64,000 bases of DNA from the human T2T-CHM13v2.0 reference genome, Homo sapiens, in the NCBI RefSeq assembly GCF_009914755.1, contig NC_060927.1. One strand, written 5' to 3'. The position numbers and the translations under genes are program-made. The notes beneath the pieces are model-generated. The model searched no databases. It had not been told where the DNA came from and saw only the letters and a list, made by a program, of their open reading frames with translations. Within the stretch, counting starts at the first letter, position 1, and every line of letters starts with the position of its first letter. Below are positions 47,968 to 63,425 of the stretch, piece after piece.

Positions 47968-48108
47968 TGGCATAGTGGTGTGCACCTTTCATCCCAGCTA
48001 CTTGGGAGGCTGAGGCAGGAGGGTCACTTTGAGCCCAGGAGTTCAAGGATGCAGTGAGCTATGATGGTGCCATGGCACTCCAGCCTGGGCAACAGAGTGA
48101 GACCCCAT
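47968..48108 (+). mobile_element. Alu right monomer (FRAM/AluJ fragment)
   Basis: GGGCATAGTGGTGTGCACC...GAGCCCAGGAGTTCAAG...GAGACCCC. Confidence 0.8.
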
Positions 48109-49456
48109 CATTCAATTTGGTAGGAAAAAATCAGTAAAGTGTTTACAGAGTATGTATTATGCACAGGGAACTGCTAATAGACCTCGGACATTCATACCAT
48201 TAAGGCAAGGGTCCTGCCCTCAAGAAGTTCATCCAGTGGGGTTTTGTTAGGTTATCAAATGATAACTGGAAATTTAAACTTTCAACCTGTTCTTTTGGCA
48301 TCGTCTAAGCATAACCCAAATCTGTCATTCTATAGCCCTTCTGGAGCACATTATATGTATTTATTTTAAAAAACAAATTGTTTTTAAGTATACTCAAATT
48401 GAAGAACTTCGGAACAACAAATTTTACTAATATATCAAATCATTCTCCATAATTAAAAATCCTATGAGTGTCAGATGATAATTTCAGAAGGTATCTGCTG
48501 CTCTTAGACTTGCTAAGGGAACTAAGGAAAAAAAAATGGTAGTTAACGTGTAATTAGAGATTATACTTATTTTATGATGGAAAATAGCATCTGAACTGAA
48601 GGGAAAGCAACTAAAAGATGTATATTTTTCCCTTTTCTTTTTGATGACTGGCTCAGGACCCTCTACCACTGTTGTGTCGCTGCTTTCCTGTCTATACCCA
48701 CTTCATTACACAGCTGATTGGAAGTGAAGCAAGTCATGCTGGGAACCATGAGCAAGATAATCAATAAAACCTCTCCTTAATTCTCACCTTCCCGCTGGGA
48801 TGTGAGTGTGATGGTCTATTTAAATAGATGATTATCAATACCTCACTTAGGAGAGTAGAAGCCATAGTCAATCAATACTTCTAATAGGAAAGTGTTTCTC
48901 AGAAAAGCTGGGAAAATATTAAAGTGTCAAAAATCAGCAAAGTAAAATAGATTGGAGAGAAAATGAGCAAATCCCAGCAGTGTAGTCAGTGAGATTAAGC
49001 TACTTAAATGCACCCTTGGCTCTTGATCAAATCGAAAACACAATCTCTTGTCCTTAACCCTTGTGTGTATAAGGAAAAGGTTCATTCTTCAATGGAGATC
49101 AATAGCCTCGCTGCCCTCTCATCACCCTTTTAGAATTTAAAATTGGTTGAGTGAATTCAAAAATAAAAGCAATGTTCTCAAACTGTAGTACTCATCAGAT
49201 TCACCCGGAGAGATTGCTAAAAATAGAGACGCTGAGGACTCGCATCCTCTGCTTCAGATGGCATGAGTTTGAAGTGAGTGTTCTGGGGTGCTTCAGAGTG
49301 CAGATGCTCCCTGATTAAAGTTTGATAAATGAGATAGTGATGGGTCAGGGCACCTTAATTTGTGCTTCCATTGGCATCCAAGGTGATTTTGTGGTTACAT
49401 GGAATATAAATGACTCTTTAAAAATTGGTTGCATTTTAATTTCATCTTTGGATCAG

Positions 49457-49519
49457 GGACCAAGAGGAAGGCAAGGACCACCAGGAACTTCTGGACAAAA
49501 AGGCTTAGTGGGTGCTCAG
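49457..49519 (+). pseudogene. COL6A4P2: Collagen VI exon, 63 bp: GPRGRQGPPGTSGQKGLVGAQ
   Basis: Boundaries atcag|GGA...CAG|gtaggt. Confidence 0.92.
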
Positions 49520-50597
49520 GTAGGTTTGTAAAACAGCTACAATGCAGCTACTCATTAACACTGGCTGATTCATACCCCTGAGTGTTCCTGGATAAATAAC
49601 ATAAAGTCACACTGTTTGTTCTGGGATATGGGGATATCAGGAATTTCTAGAAAAGCTAATTTGATGCAGTAGATATTGATCATCTGCTATGTATCTTCTT
49701 CTACCCTAGGTAAGTTTTGGGAATATAGTGACCAATGAGATATGGGTTTAAACCTCGAGGGTATGTAATATAAGTTCATATTTAGCTATAGTAAAAGATG
49801 ACATAATGGTACCATATAAAATTATAAATAACTAATCTGCTCCTTACAAATATGTAAGGAAGCATTACTATACCAATTTTATAGATAAGGAAACTGAGGC
49901 TAAGGGGAATTAAATGACTTGTCATCCGGATAGTAAGTGTCTGAACTGACTTCCAACTTGGTTCTTTCTAGTGCCTGCTTTACTCCCCACCTAATATCTT
50001 GATGGTTCATAGGATGCTTGGATAGATTGAGACGGATGATTAGATTGGCTTCCTGAGGAAATGAGCATTTGAGATGGCTTAGAAACATAAGCAGCATGAT
50101 TAGAGTCAGGAATGAGTCTCCATCAGGAAACTGAAAATAGCAGCTCAAAGATGGCCAAAGCAATAGTTCTGCTATTTTTCTGCCTTGATCAGGAAAGAAA
50201 ATCTAGCCTTATAACTGATTATATTATTGTCAATCTCAGTTGAAAATATCTTCAGTTTGGAGCAGGTGAAAGTCTAGGCTTTTGTTTTCCTGATCTCTTA
50301 ATCAAATAATGTTTCCCTCTGTAGCATAGAAATGATTCCTTCAATTCTCAGTATGTGGTAGATGTGGCCTCCTGCTCCCCTATCCTAACCCCCCCAGCCC
50401 ATAGTGTGTGTATATTATGCATTTTGAATGTTGGAGGATAGAATTAATTAATTGTATTAAATACTAAAGGTTAAACTCCCATCTCTAAGGTGATTCATGA
50501 GCATATTACCAGTTACAGAGTATTTCAATAATAACAACAGAGACAGACAGTTAACTTTGTGGCCCTGGTGGTGATTTTGGCCACGGTCTTGTTGCAG

Positions 50598-50660
50598 GGG
50601 AATCCTGGGCCTCCAGGGCCAAATGGTTCAAAAGGAAAAGCTGGACCAAGAGGAGTGAAG
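50598..50660 (+). pseudogene. COL6A4P2: Collagen VI exon, 63 bp: GNPGPPGPNGSKGKAGPRGVK
   Basis: Boundaries tgcag|GGG...AAG|gtaaat. Confidence 0.92.
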
Positions 50661-51170
50661 GTAAATGTCAGAGAACACGCTCTTTCTTGATTGTAGCTTG
50701 AGAGAACCCCTTGGGTTTTCTTAAACAAATCTTTACTTATATCATCACTTCCAGCATACATTTCTGATATGGTTGGTGATGCTATTGATTGAAGGCAAGG
50801 CATATAGATGAACATATAGAAAAATGAATCACATGTTTAAGTAGACAAAGATGTATCAACAGATAGATATACATATGGATTCACCACAAATATAAATGTG
50901 CACATCCAAATTTAGAAAAAGACATAGTAATATAAAATTCTGTAATTGTTGTTGCATACCTGGTGCTGCTAATTTTCGGTACCAAAATTGTTACTATGTT
51001 TGTTAGTCATCCATATTTAACAAAGCCTAGAGAAAAGTATTTACCTTAGGCTGTATGGCATGCTACCAAAACTTGAAAGCAGTGACTGTAAAATCTCTAA
51101 GGAAAATGACACAAAATTACATAATCTCACAGAAGAAAATTAATTAGATATTTTCTCTTTATAATAAAAG

Positions 51171-51233
51171 GGAGAGATTGGTGATGTAGGAGAAAGAGGC
51201 CCACAGAGTCGACAAGGACCAAGAGGGCAACCT
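51171..51233 (+). pseudogene. COL6A4P2: Collagen VI exon, 63 bp: GEIGDVGERGPQSRQGPRGQP
   Basis: Boundaries aaaag|GGA...CCT|gtaagt; Ser (AGT, 51207-51209) at a Gly position. Confidence 0.92.
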
Positions 51234-52421
51234 GTAAGTCCAGTTTCTCTGTTTTGGATTCTTGATTGAATTTGTTTGCCATTTGTTCTTGTTTTACATA
51301 AAATTCTAATGTTTTAAATGTATGCAACCACTTTTATTCAGTTCAGAATATAGGTACCAGAGACAAGAAATCAGGCAAATCAGGGAGATATAGTCTAAAA
51401 AATCTCAGTGTGCACTAAGCCGAATTTTGATGGAGTCATCTACCACAGCATTAAAGTGTCTTATCCATATTTTAGATGCTGGTAAGAAATTATGAAAAAA
51501 GAGGTTTGATAAACAAAAATGGCATCAACTTGATGTAATAAATTGAAATGGCTTTAACATCATTGCTGTGAACACAAAATTTTAATATTCTTGATGAGTT
51601 AAACTCATGGTTCCAAATATGACATGACCACCAGAGCTCTTAAGAATCAAAACAGTCAAAGTTTCTGAGACTTCTTGTATAAATTAAGAATCTAAAGATG
51701 ACTTGGAATTTATTTTGCCTTCTCACATATTGAAGAGCAAAGTGCCAATGTCTCTCATCTGTTTGACAATGATATTTTATAAGCATTTGAGTCTTTTAGG
51801 AATACAGAGATGTTCAGTGAAACATTTTTTTTCCAGGGCAACAAATAAGGCAGCCAGATCAGCAAACTTTTAAGAGTATGGGTTTGATTATCCAGAGCAT
51901 AGAAATAATCTTTGGAGACCAAAGATCATAAAAGATTTCCTTTTACAAGACAATACTTTCAAACGCAGGGCTATGCATTTTTACCTTAGTTATCACCCCG
52001 AACAGGAGAGCAAGTTAGCTATTTTATGACTATTTTCAAAAGACATCTCGAAAAATACAGAGTTTGGGTCTTGGGGGTTGCAGATGCTGGAGGTTCTGCA
52101 CATCCTTCAGCAAGGACAAGATGGAGTAACAGCAAATGAACTTCATTATCACCGCCCCATGGCCCCTGCCAAGAACTCATTTTTGGCAATCTTCTGTCTT
52201 ATTTTTCTTTCTTTTCTAGTCTTTCAGACTTTCCTATTTAGACCATAGGAATCTTTTTGTGACTTCAGATTTTTAATTTTTCTTCTCAACTGATCTACCT
52301 GGTTTAGGGGAACTCTGTCCATTCAGAAAAAACACCTATAGGGTTTTGAATTTACTCTTTATTACAGTAAGCTCATTGTCTGTCTATACAGATGCTAAGC
52401 TCCTTGGTAGTATCACCAATT

Positions 52422-52860
52422 TCATGATTATTATCATCACCACCACTGCAACCTCCACCATCATTATCTTCAGCAATAACATCAAAACTACCAGCATAAT
52501 CACCACCATCACCATCACCACCGTCACCATCAGTACCACCATTACCATCATCACTATCACCATCACCACCACCACCACTACCATCATTACTACCACTACC
52601 ACTATCACAATTATCATCACCACCACTACCACCATCACTATCACCATCATCTTCATTATTACCACCACCATCACCATCATCACTACCACCAACACCATCA
52701 TCACCATTGCCACCATCATCATTACTATCACCATCACTATCATCAATCACCATTGCTACCACTATCACTACCATCACCACCACCTTCACTATTATCATCA
52801 GCACCACTATCATTACTGCCCTCCTCCGACACCATCATTACCACTGCTACCACCAGCAGC
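52422..52860. repeat. Degenerate (CAT/CAC/TAC/TAT)n trinucleotide low-complexity tract, about 440 bp
   Basis: Direct reading; produces spurious Thr/Ile-, Val/Met- and Gly/Asp-rich ORFs. Confidence 0.92.
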
Positions 52861-52869
52861 AGACTAATT

Positions 52870-53110
52870 ACCATCTATCAAGTACTGCCTCTGTGCCTGA
52901 CATTGTGCTAAGCACTTTTCATACACAATCTCACTTAATCTTCCCAACAAGTATACAATGTAGATGATACTATTATCCCTATTTTACAGATTAGGAAACT
53001 GAAGTTTATAGAGGTTGTGCAACTTCCCTAGGGTCACTCAAACAACTAATGTTGGGACTGGAATAAAAATTCAGGTCTGTCTGGGTTTATAGTCTGTACA
53101 CTTAATCACT
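52870..53110. mobile_element. MIR SINE (similar MIRs near 47690-47910, 49850-49990 and 56930-57090)
   Basis: MIR core ATTATCCCTATTTTACAGATTAGGAAACTGAAG...GGTCAC. Confidence 0.7.
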
Positions 53111-53528
53111 AAACTATATTGCCTATATTCCACTCTTTTTCTCCAAAGTCTGTGCTTTTGTCTGATGATTTACCAATTCTAGAGCTTCTATTTTTACTTT
53201 ATCTCACAAGGAAAGCAAGTTTAGCCCAAGGGAAACTTTGTACAGTTGTGTATGGCTTCCTACAACCAAGGTATCATCTTGCTGATGTACAGATGGGGGT
53301 TGAAAAAACCTAAAAACTTCCTTCTGTTGTGGTCTTTCAAAGTTTTAAACCCTCATCTTCTCCAAATCTGAGTGTTTGTCCTATGAAGGTTGTCTCCCAA
53401 TCTCCATCAAGCCCCATTGTTGTCCTTACTTCCTTGCATTGTTGATTTATCCAAGGGTTCAGATATTATTATCAACCAAGTGTTGGTCTGCATGACTCTA
53501 CAATTCATCTTATATGTCATTTTCTTAG

Positions 53529-53579
53529 GGTCTTCCTGGTTCTGATGGATAAGGACATCCAGGAACAAAAGGAACAAAG
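53529..53579 (+). pseudogene. COL6A4P2: Collagen VI exon, 51 bp: GLPGSDG*GHPGTKGTK
   Basis: Boundaries cttag|GGT...AAG|gtgagg; TAA at 53550-53552, in the G-X-G interruption typical of the 51-bp exon. Confidence 0.92.
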
Positions 53580-54169
53580 GTGAGGGTAACCTTACAGGGT
53601 ATTCTGAACTAAGGACTGTAGTTTTTATTTTATTTTATTAAAATAAGTGTTATTTTCCAAGTTGTATGCCAGGAACGGTTTGTACATATTTACAAAATGT
53701 TTTGGCCACCAGAGCTCCCTCCCTAAAAAGTAAAAATTGATTTTGTCACTCTCTTATTTAAAAGTCAAACTTCTTCCCTCATCTTCCACATATATGTCAG
53801 ATATTCCCACCTCAGCTCTGGTAGTGCCAGACCCTTTCTCAACTTCCTTGGCATTGCAAACGCTCGTGTTTCCATTTGGAATGTGCTTCCTGATCTCCAT
53901 CTCTTGGACAATTTTTACTCATTTTCTAAGACCCAGTCAAGTACTAACTTCTCCTTGTGGAAGCAGCCTTGGTCTTCCCCAGACAGAATTTGCTGTCCTA
54001 TACACTGTGTTCCTAAAGCACGTTCATATTTCTGCAGTAGCTCCTTTCTGTTAAGGTTGTATTGTAATTTATTCTTGTATCTCCCAGGCAATAAACCTGA
54101 CAGCAGCATTGCACTTTTGTTTTTCTGGAGTTGAGCCTGGCAGAGAGTAGGTGTTCAATAAGTGTATTT

Positions 54170-56625
<2,456 letters not shown>

Positions 56626-57339
56626 TTAATTGGTCACTGACAGGTCTTAAAGCATGGAGGTCACATGGAACTTGTTGAGCAAATCAAATCTCAATACCCA
56701 CTGTTATTCTGGATGCTTCAGTCTTCAAGTTACATGTATTGCCTCACAAAATAAGAAATTACTGGAATGTTTAGTGATGATTAGTTGCTTAATGATGTCC
56801 GTACTCTGGGCTGGCTTCTCTGCAATTCTCTTGTTTCCCTGTGGCTGCAAGATGGCACCACTGCCATTTTATTGAGCAGAAAAATGCCTCAAACATAGTA
56901 AGTTCTCAGTAAATATCTATGGAATGATGGGCTATGGGGAACCTCAGTGATCATCTAGTTTAGCTTTGTCAATTTACATTTCAGAGAATTGAGGCTTAGA
57001 GAAGTGAAGTAACTTGCCTGTGGTCACACAGCTAGTTAGAGGCAGAGCTGAATGTGGAAGCTAGTCCCTTGAAATTCCATCCAGGTAAACTAAATTTTTC
57101 TTTGCTATGGACAAGTTTGCATAGCAGGGAAATTCTGGGTAGAATTCAAATATATGTGGTTTGAGCTACATGTCAGTTTGGAGCTAAGCACAAGTGCAGT
57201 CTTTGTTTATCATGATACAGTTAAATTATGGAACACAGATTCAGTCCATATTTGCATGAATTTTTCTTTGCGAGATGTAATGGCCTCACTTTAAATGTCT
57301 CATAATGCTGATTGGCCAGTTGACTACATTTTCTTAATC

Positions 57340-59803
57340 TGTTCACTCCCCTTCTCTCTGAGTTGACTATTTTACACCCTCACCTCTCTCCTCAAACTTC
57401 CAAGATCTGCTTTGTCTTCCATACTTAAAGCAGATGATCATGCTTCCTATTTCAAGAACAAAATTGAAGCAGGGAGAAAAGAACCTCCATAAATGTTCAC
57501 CACCAAGTAGGCCAACCTACTTGCCTCTGTACCCATACACCCTGCCTTCTCTCCTACTACTATGGACGAGGGTCCATGGTCTTACCTAAGACTAATCCTT
57601 GCCTCCTAGACTGGATTCCACTCCCTTTTGCTTTCTGAGGCTCTCGTTCCATTTTTTTCCCCTGGGCAAAACTCACTGAAGGAGTAGTCTATACCAGTGC
57701 TTCTCAACGGAAGTGATTTTGCCCTCCAGGGGACATTTGACAATGTCTGGAGATGTTTTGGTTGTCAGAACTCAAGGAGAGGGTGCTGGCATCTACTGGG
57801 TAGAGATGCTGTTTAACATCTTACAATACTCAGGGCAGCCCCTCCCAACAAAGAACCATCAGGTCCAAAATATCAGTGATGCTGAAGTTGAAAAACTGAC
57901 ACTCAAGCCTTCACTCCTCAACCCTCCCCACTCAACTACATCTGCTTTAGTTGAGGTAAACCCCATGTTGCTAAATTCAATGGTCACTTCTCTGCTCTCA
58001 TTGTGCTCCATCTCTCAGCAGCATTTGACAGATTGATCATGGGTTTATTCCCGATTTTTTCCCTCACTCAACTTCCAGTGCGTTCTATTTTCCTGGTTTT
58101 CACTGTCTTCTCTTTCTCATCCTGCTTTGCTAGATCTTCTGGATGTTCTTGACCTTTAAGTATCAGAAGACTGAAAGCTCTATTCTCATACCTTCTTCCC
58201 TCTTTACTCACCTCTCCGGTGACATTTCTTGGGGAAATCCAGTTCCATAGCATCAATAACCATCAATCCTGTTATCTCCACTTTATCTCTCCAGCTTGGA
58301 CCAATATCCTAAACTCTAAAAATATTTCCACTTGGTCGTTTAGCAGGCATCTTAAAATTGGCATGTCCCCAAATAAATTTCTTCTTGTTTTTTTGTTTGT
58401 TAACGTTTTGTTACAGAAAAATTCAAAAATAAAAGTGGAGACTAGTATAATGACATTCTTCTGCCTCACCCCACGTTCCTATCACCTAATCCAAACAATG
58501 AACAACCCCTGGCCAATTTTGTTTTCTTTTATTTATACACCCAGTCACTTATCCTCCCACCATGCTGATTTCATACCCCCTCCTTCCTCCTCAAACCTCC
58601 AAGATCTGCTTTGTCGTCCATATTTAAAGCAGATGATCATTCTTCGTATTTCATTAAGAAAATAGGAGTGAGGAGAGAACGTCTACATACGTTCGCCTAC
58701 TGTAGGTCATGTGATATAGGTGGGATTTACTTCAAGATAATCATATATTCCATGCATAGACATTTCAGGTTGCATCTTTAAAAGATTATTTAAAAATGTA
58801 ACCACACTACCATTCTTACACCAAAGAATTAATAATAATCCTTTAATATTATCAAATATCCAGTCAGCCAAAACTGGTTCCCTTAACAACCTGCCCCTCC
58901 TCCAGCCTTTCCTATCTCAGGGACTGGAAACTTCATCCATCCAGTTGCTCAAAACAGACACTTGCAGCTGTCATTGATAAATCTTTTTCTCTCACTCCCA
59001 CATTTAATCCATCAACAAATAGTGGTAAGCCTATCTTCAAAGTACATCCAGCATTTTATCATTTCTCACAACTGCACTGCCACCCTCTGGACCAAGCCAA
59101 CATAATTTTCCATCTGTGTTACGGCAATAGCCACTGACCTGGTCTCTCTGCTTCCACCCTTGCCTCATATAGTTAGTTCTCCATGCATCAGCTAGAGACA
59201 TCTTTAAAAACATAGTCAGATCAAGTCATTCCTTTATTCATAGCCCTTCTGTCGTTCTCCATGTCACTCAGAATAAAACCTACTGTTAACATGGTCTATA
59301 AGAATTTACACAGTGTGGTCTCTGTGAACTCTTTGTCTTCATCTCCTCCTGCCTGCCCTCCTTGCTCCACTCTGCTTCAGTGTTCCTCAAACATGTCAGC
59401 ACATACTCTTCCTCTTACTTCAGGGTTTTTTTTTTTTTTTTTTTTTTTCACATACTCCTCCCTCTGCCTGGAACACTCTTCTCCCAGAAGTCTGCTTGTT
59501 TTCTCAATTCATGCTGGTCTTTGCCCAAATGCCGCCTTTATAAAAAGGCTTTGCCTGACTACCTCATATAAAATAGTGTCTCCTCATCCTTTGATACACA
59601 TGGTTCTTTATTCCTTAATACCCTTTCTGGAATAACATTGATCTCTTTCTCACATATTATATATTTCTTTGTTCATTTTCCTCCCCACTAGCTTGTAAGT
59701 TCCGTGAGAGCAAGGTCTTCATTCTGTTCACTGCTGAATTTCCTGTGCCTAGAGAAGTGCTTGGAAGATAGGAGATGTGAATAGATATTTGTTGAATGAA
59801 TGA
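57340..59803 (+). mobile_element. L2 LINE remnant with a nested MER20 (about 57696-57898) and an L1MC fragment (about 58390-58867)
   Basis: L2 motifs and terminus ATATTTGTTGAATGAATGA; MER20 CAGTGCTTCTCAAC...GGACATTTGACAATGTCTGGAG. Confidence 0.7.
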
Positions 59804-60109
59804 TTGCTTTGTAGTTTGCCTTTGGTTCTGACAATGAGCACCTGCTTCCCAACACTCAATGTGGTGCCCTCTCCCTTGGTTTCTGTTGGATTAAACCTCA
59901 GGTTATTTAAACTGAGAGATAAAAATGCCCTATGGAAGAAGTTTCATTACACAATATACTAGGGAGGGGGGGAAATTTGTAAAAATTATTTACAAGTTGT
60001 TTCATGTTGAATTAGAGATATGAAATATGGCCACTTGAGAGCAGCTCAAGATAACAACTGTTGCTATAGTTGTTTTTCCTGGCACCTGTTTTGAGTATAT
60101 TTCCTCAAA

Positions 60110-60316
60110 ATTATAGTGTCTTCTTTTTCCCCAAGGCATGTCAAGGAAATTTCTTAATCATATGACATTAAACAAGACCTTATCTCATTTCTGACACTAG
60201 GGTGAACCTGGATTATAGTGTCTTCTTTTTCCCCAAGGCATGTCAAGGAAATTTCTTAATCACATGACATTAAATAAGACCTTATCTCATTTCTGGCACT
60301 AGGGTGAACATGGATT
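60110..60316 (+). repeat. 102-bp tandem duplication covering an exon splice acceptor
   Basis: 60110-60211 matches 60212-60313 with 4 mismatches; ATT microhomology at the junction. Confidence 0.95.
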
Positions 60317-60338
60317 CCCTGGCTATCCTGGTGCACAA
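60303..60338 (+). pseudogene. COL6A4P2: Collagen VI exon, 36 bp: GEHGFPGYPGAQ
   Basis: Boundaries actag|GGT...CAA|gtaaga; the acceptor is tandemly duplicated upstream. Confidence 0.9.
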
Positions 60339-60442
60339 GTAAGAAGATATATTTCTGGGCCTGGCAACTGGTAGGCAGCATGTGTCATTTGTTTGTGCTT
60401 ATTTTTCTTTACACTCAAAGTTCTGCTTTTGATTCTATTAAG

Positions 60443-60505
60443 GGAGAAGATGGTGACCCGGGCCATCAAGGAGAAAAGGGGGCAAAGGGAATAAGAGGGA
60501 AGAGG
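60443..60505 (+). pseudogene. COL6A4P2: Collagen VI exon, 63 bp: GEDGDPGHQGEKGAKGIRGKR
   Basis: Boundaries ttaag|GGA...AGG|gtaaga. Confidence 0.92.
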
Positions 60506-61784
60506 GTAAGAATCAAAGAAACTTCCTAAGATCTATAGAAGCCCACATCATTACGGAAGTACGTTTCCACTGGGTTAGGACTTCTTAGCAGGAAGCCCAT
60601 TCCTGCCCAGTCAATGCTCATTCCACACCTTCCTTTGGCTATCCCACTCCCCACTTAATCCCACTCTCATTTATCTCCTGAATACAAATACAGTTTACCA
60701 AGCCATAACAACAGAAAATCCAAGTTGGGAGTTTTGGTTTTACAATACCAACCTTTTAAAACCAAGTTTGGGAGCACCTGTGTCTTTGGTAAGTCTAGAC
60801 ATCATTTGGAAGGATATTGTTTTAGCTGTTGAGCAAACATTGCTGTTTCTTTAGGATTCTTCCAAGCCTTAACTTTCTCTTGCTATTTTTAGAAAAGATT
60901 CTTGAGAATGTAGTTGCCATCTTGGTGGACTTTGAGTCCACTGTGCTTTATACAAGTCTCCGATTAAAAATCAATTCCTTTATGTTCTGAACAGTCAGCC
61001 TTGAACAGCCACAATCACTGGCAGCTCTTTTTGAAGAGTAAGCCTGTGGATATCTAACATCTTGGTAATGTTTAGCCGATCAATGTTAGAGACCAAGGTC
61101 TTCTAGGAAATGGACTAGTGTTTACTGCAGAAAAGAGGAAAGGAAAGATAATGTATGTTTTCTAGGTACTCAAGAATTAGCATTTTCATACATTGGCAAG
61201 GACATAAAGAAATATTTGATCTGTGCCTAACTTGGCTTGCTGCTGACTATGGTTGCTCTGATCAACTAACTTTTATTTCTAGTTTCAAATAAAAAAAGAT
61301 AAAGGATTCACTGTATTTAGATAACACTGTGTCATTTCAAATGCTTGGAAGATGAGCAGTGAACCTATGACCACCATGTGCGTTTTCTGAAACACTGAGA
61401 ACCAGAAGGTGGTAGGGAAATTTTTCCTTTTTCCTGATGTCAGGCCCTTAATGCAGACGTCCTGCATTATTTTTATTATATAACCTCAAGACTCAACAGA
61501 GTGTATTGAGTCATATTTTAAGGATCTGTCTAGAAGTGTGTGTTTGTGTGTGTATGTACATATGTGCATGACTGAGGTTGGGTATATAGGGGGGAATTTG
61601 GATGGTTCCCATAAAATGACCTTCCTCTCTTTCTATTCTCCATGTCTTGTCCCACAGATATATAGTTTATAAACTAACTGGTCAATAGCAGACTCATTGG
61701 CATTAGGAATAATAACATATCAAAATGGATCTGATGGTTGTAATCAAAGAGGAAGCTTATTCTTCTGGCTTGGTCTTTTTTTAG

Positions 61785-61847
61785 GGTAATGCTGGCTTTC
61801 CTGGATTTGTTGGAACTTCGGGTGACCAAGGCCCACCAGGACAAATG
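61785..61847 (+). pseudogene. COL6A4P2: Collagen VI exon, 63 bp: GNAGFPGFVGTSGDQGPPGQM
   Basis: Boundaries tttag|GGT...ATG|gtaata. Confidence 0.92.
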
Positions 61848-63048
61848 GTAATATGTACCCTTCCTTTTTCTTTTGTTTTCAACTGTTGTATAAAAATAAA
61901 TGAAGATTTGATAAGAAGCATCTCTAAAGAAGAAATGAACATTTGGGACAAACAGTGGGATCAACATAGAGAATGGGGTAAATTTGTCCTATAGCATATT
62001 AGCTTCAAGTCTTTATACAGTATATTTATTCAATATATATTTTTACTTGAACATGGGGAAGATATTGGAGTGGCTGGAGATTTATGAACCTAAATAAATA
62101 AAATGATGCATAAAACTCACTGGAGAGTGAGTTTATCATTGTTTATCATTGCAAACAAGATGAGCAACAATATTTATGCAAAACTAGGGGGAAACCCTAA
62201 CAAAATATAATATTTATATAATCTTAACTAACAATGTTGCAAGTCCACAAATATTTTTTAAATTCCCTGGAACATCATTTGATATGAAAGGAAAGAGTTT
62301 GAGGCTACGATCCTTCTGCTCTGCGCCTTGTCCTAGGAGGCCAGACTGTCAATCCACGAGGGATGGCGCAGTAGGTCAGCCATGGATTGAACCTGGTGGT
62401 CTCACTTGCAGTCTAGGGTTTACTGGAGAGGTGCAACAAAGTCAGAAAATAAAAAATTTTAATGCTAGAAGGACCATTCATGGCATTTTTACAGAAGAGG
62501 AAACAAAGGCTGAGATGCTGAGATAATTATAGTGACCTGCCTGAGGTCACAAGTTACCACCTTGTAGATTCTAAATAAGAAAAATGATCTCTAGACTCCC
62601 AGAGGTTGGAGCCATGAAGCTCTAATCGCAAGGTTTCCAGAGAAGACTTCTTGTTCAGTATTATGGCAGAAAAAGGGTGGTGCTGGGTGGCCTGAAGAGA
62701 AGGGATAAGGGAGGAACTGGGGTCTACTTTAGAACTATCGATGAATGGTCCTGGGATCTTTGATAGCCCTTTTTCTGAATGTGATCCTAAACTATGGTTT
62801 CAAAATGACCTGGTCCTCTAAGAGTGTTTCTGTCTAGGCCTTCTGGACTCAGAGGTCTTGGATACACCTCTTAGGCACTCTGGCTTTCTTCCTAAAGGAG
62901 TCAGACAGAACTCTAGGGCTGGGAGTGAAGGACAGAAGATGGTCTATGTAGTGTGGTAGAGTTTTTAAGACTCTTTTGCCAACTCTGTAGAAGAATGTGT
63001 TGGATCTCAAAATTTTGCATTTTAAACTCAAGTTTCCATTCTTTCCAG

Positions 63049-63084
63049 GGTATAAAGGGCCCCAAAGGTTTGGTAGATATGACG
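63049..63084 (+). pseudogene. COL6A4P2: Collagen VI exon, 36 bp, end of triple helix: GIKGPKGLVDMT
   Basis: Boundaries tccag|GGT...ACG|gtagat; same size and position as the helix-terminating COL6A3 exon. Confidence 0.85.
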
Positions 63085-63101
63085 GTAGATGAAGATTTTA
63101 A

Positions 63102-63425
<324 letters not shown>

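Noticed and set aside
52346-52867. 173-aa Thr/Ile-rich, mucin-like ORF and the antisense Val/Met and Gly/Asp ORFs
   Set aside because: Artefacts of a trinucleotide low-complexity repeat inside a collagen intron
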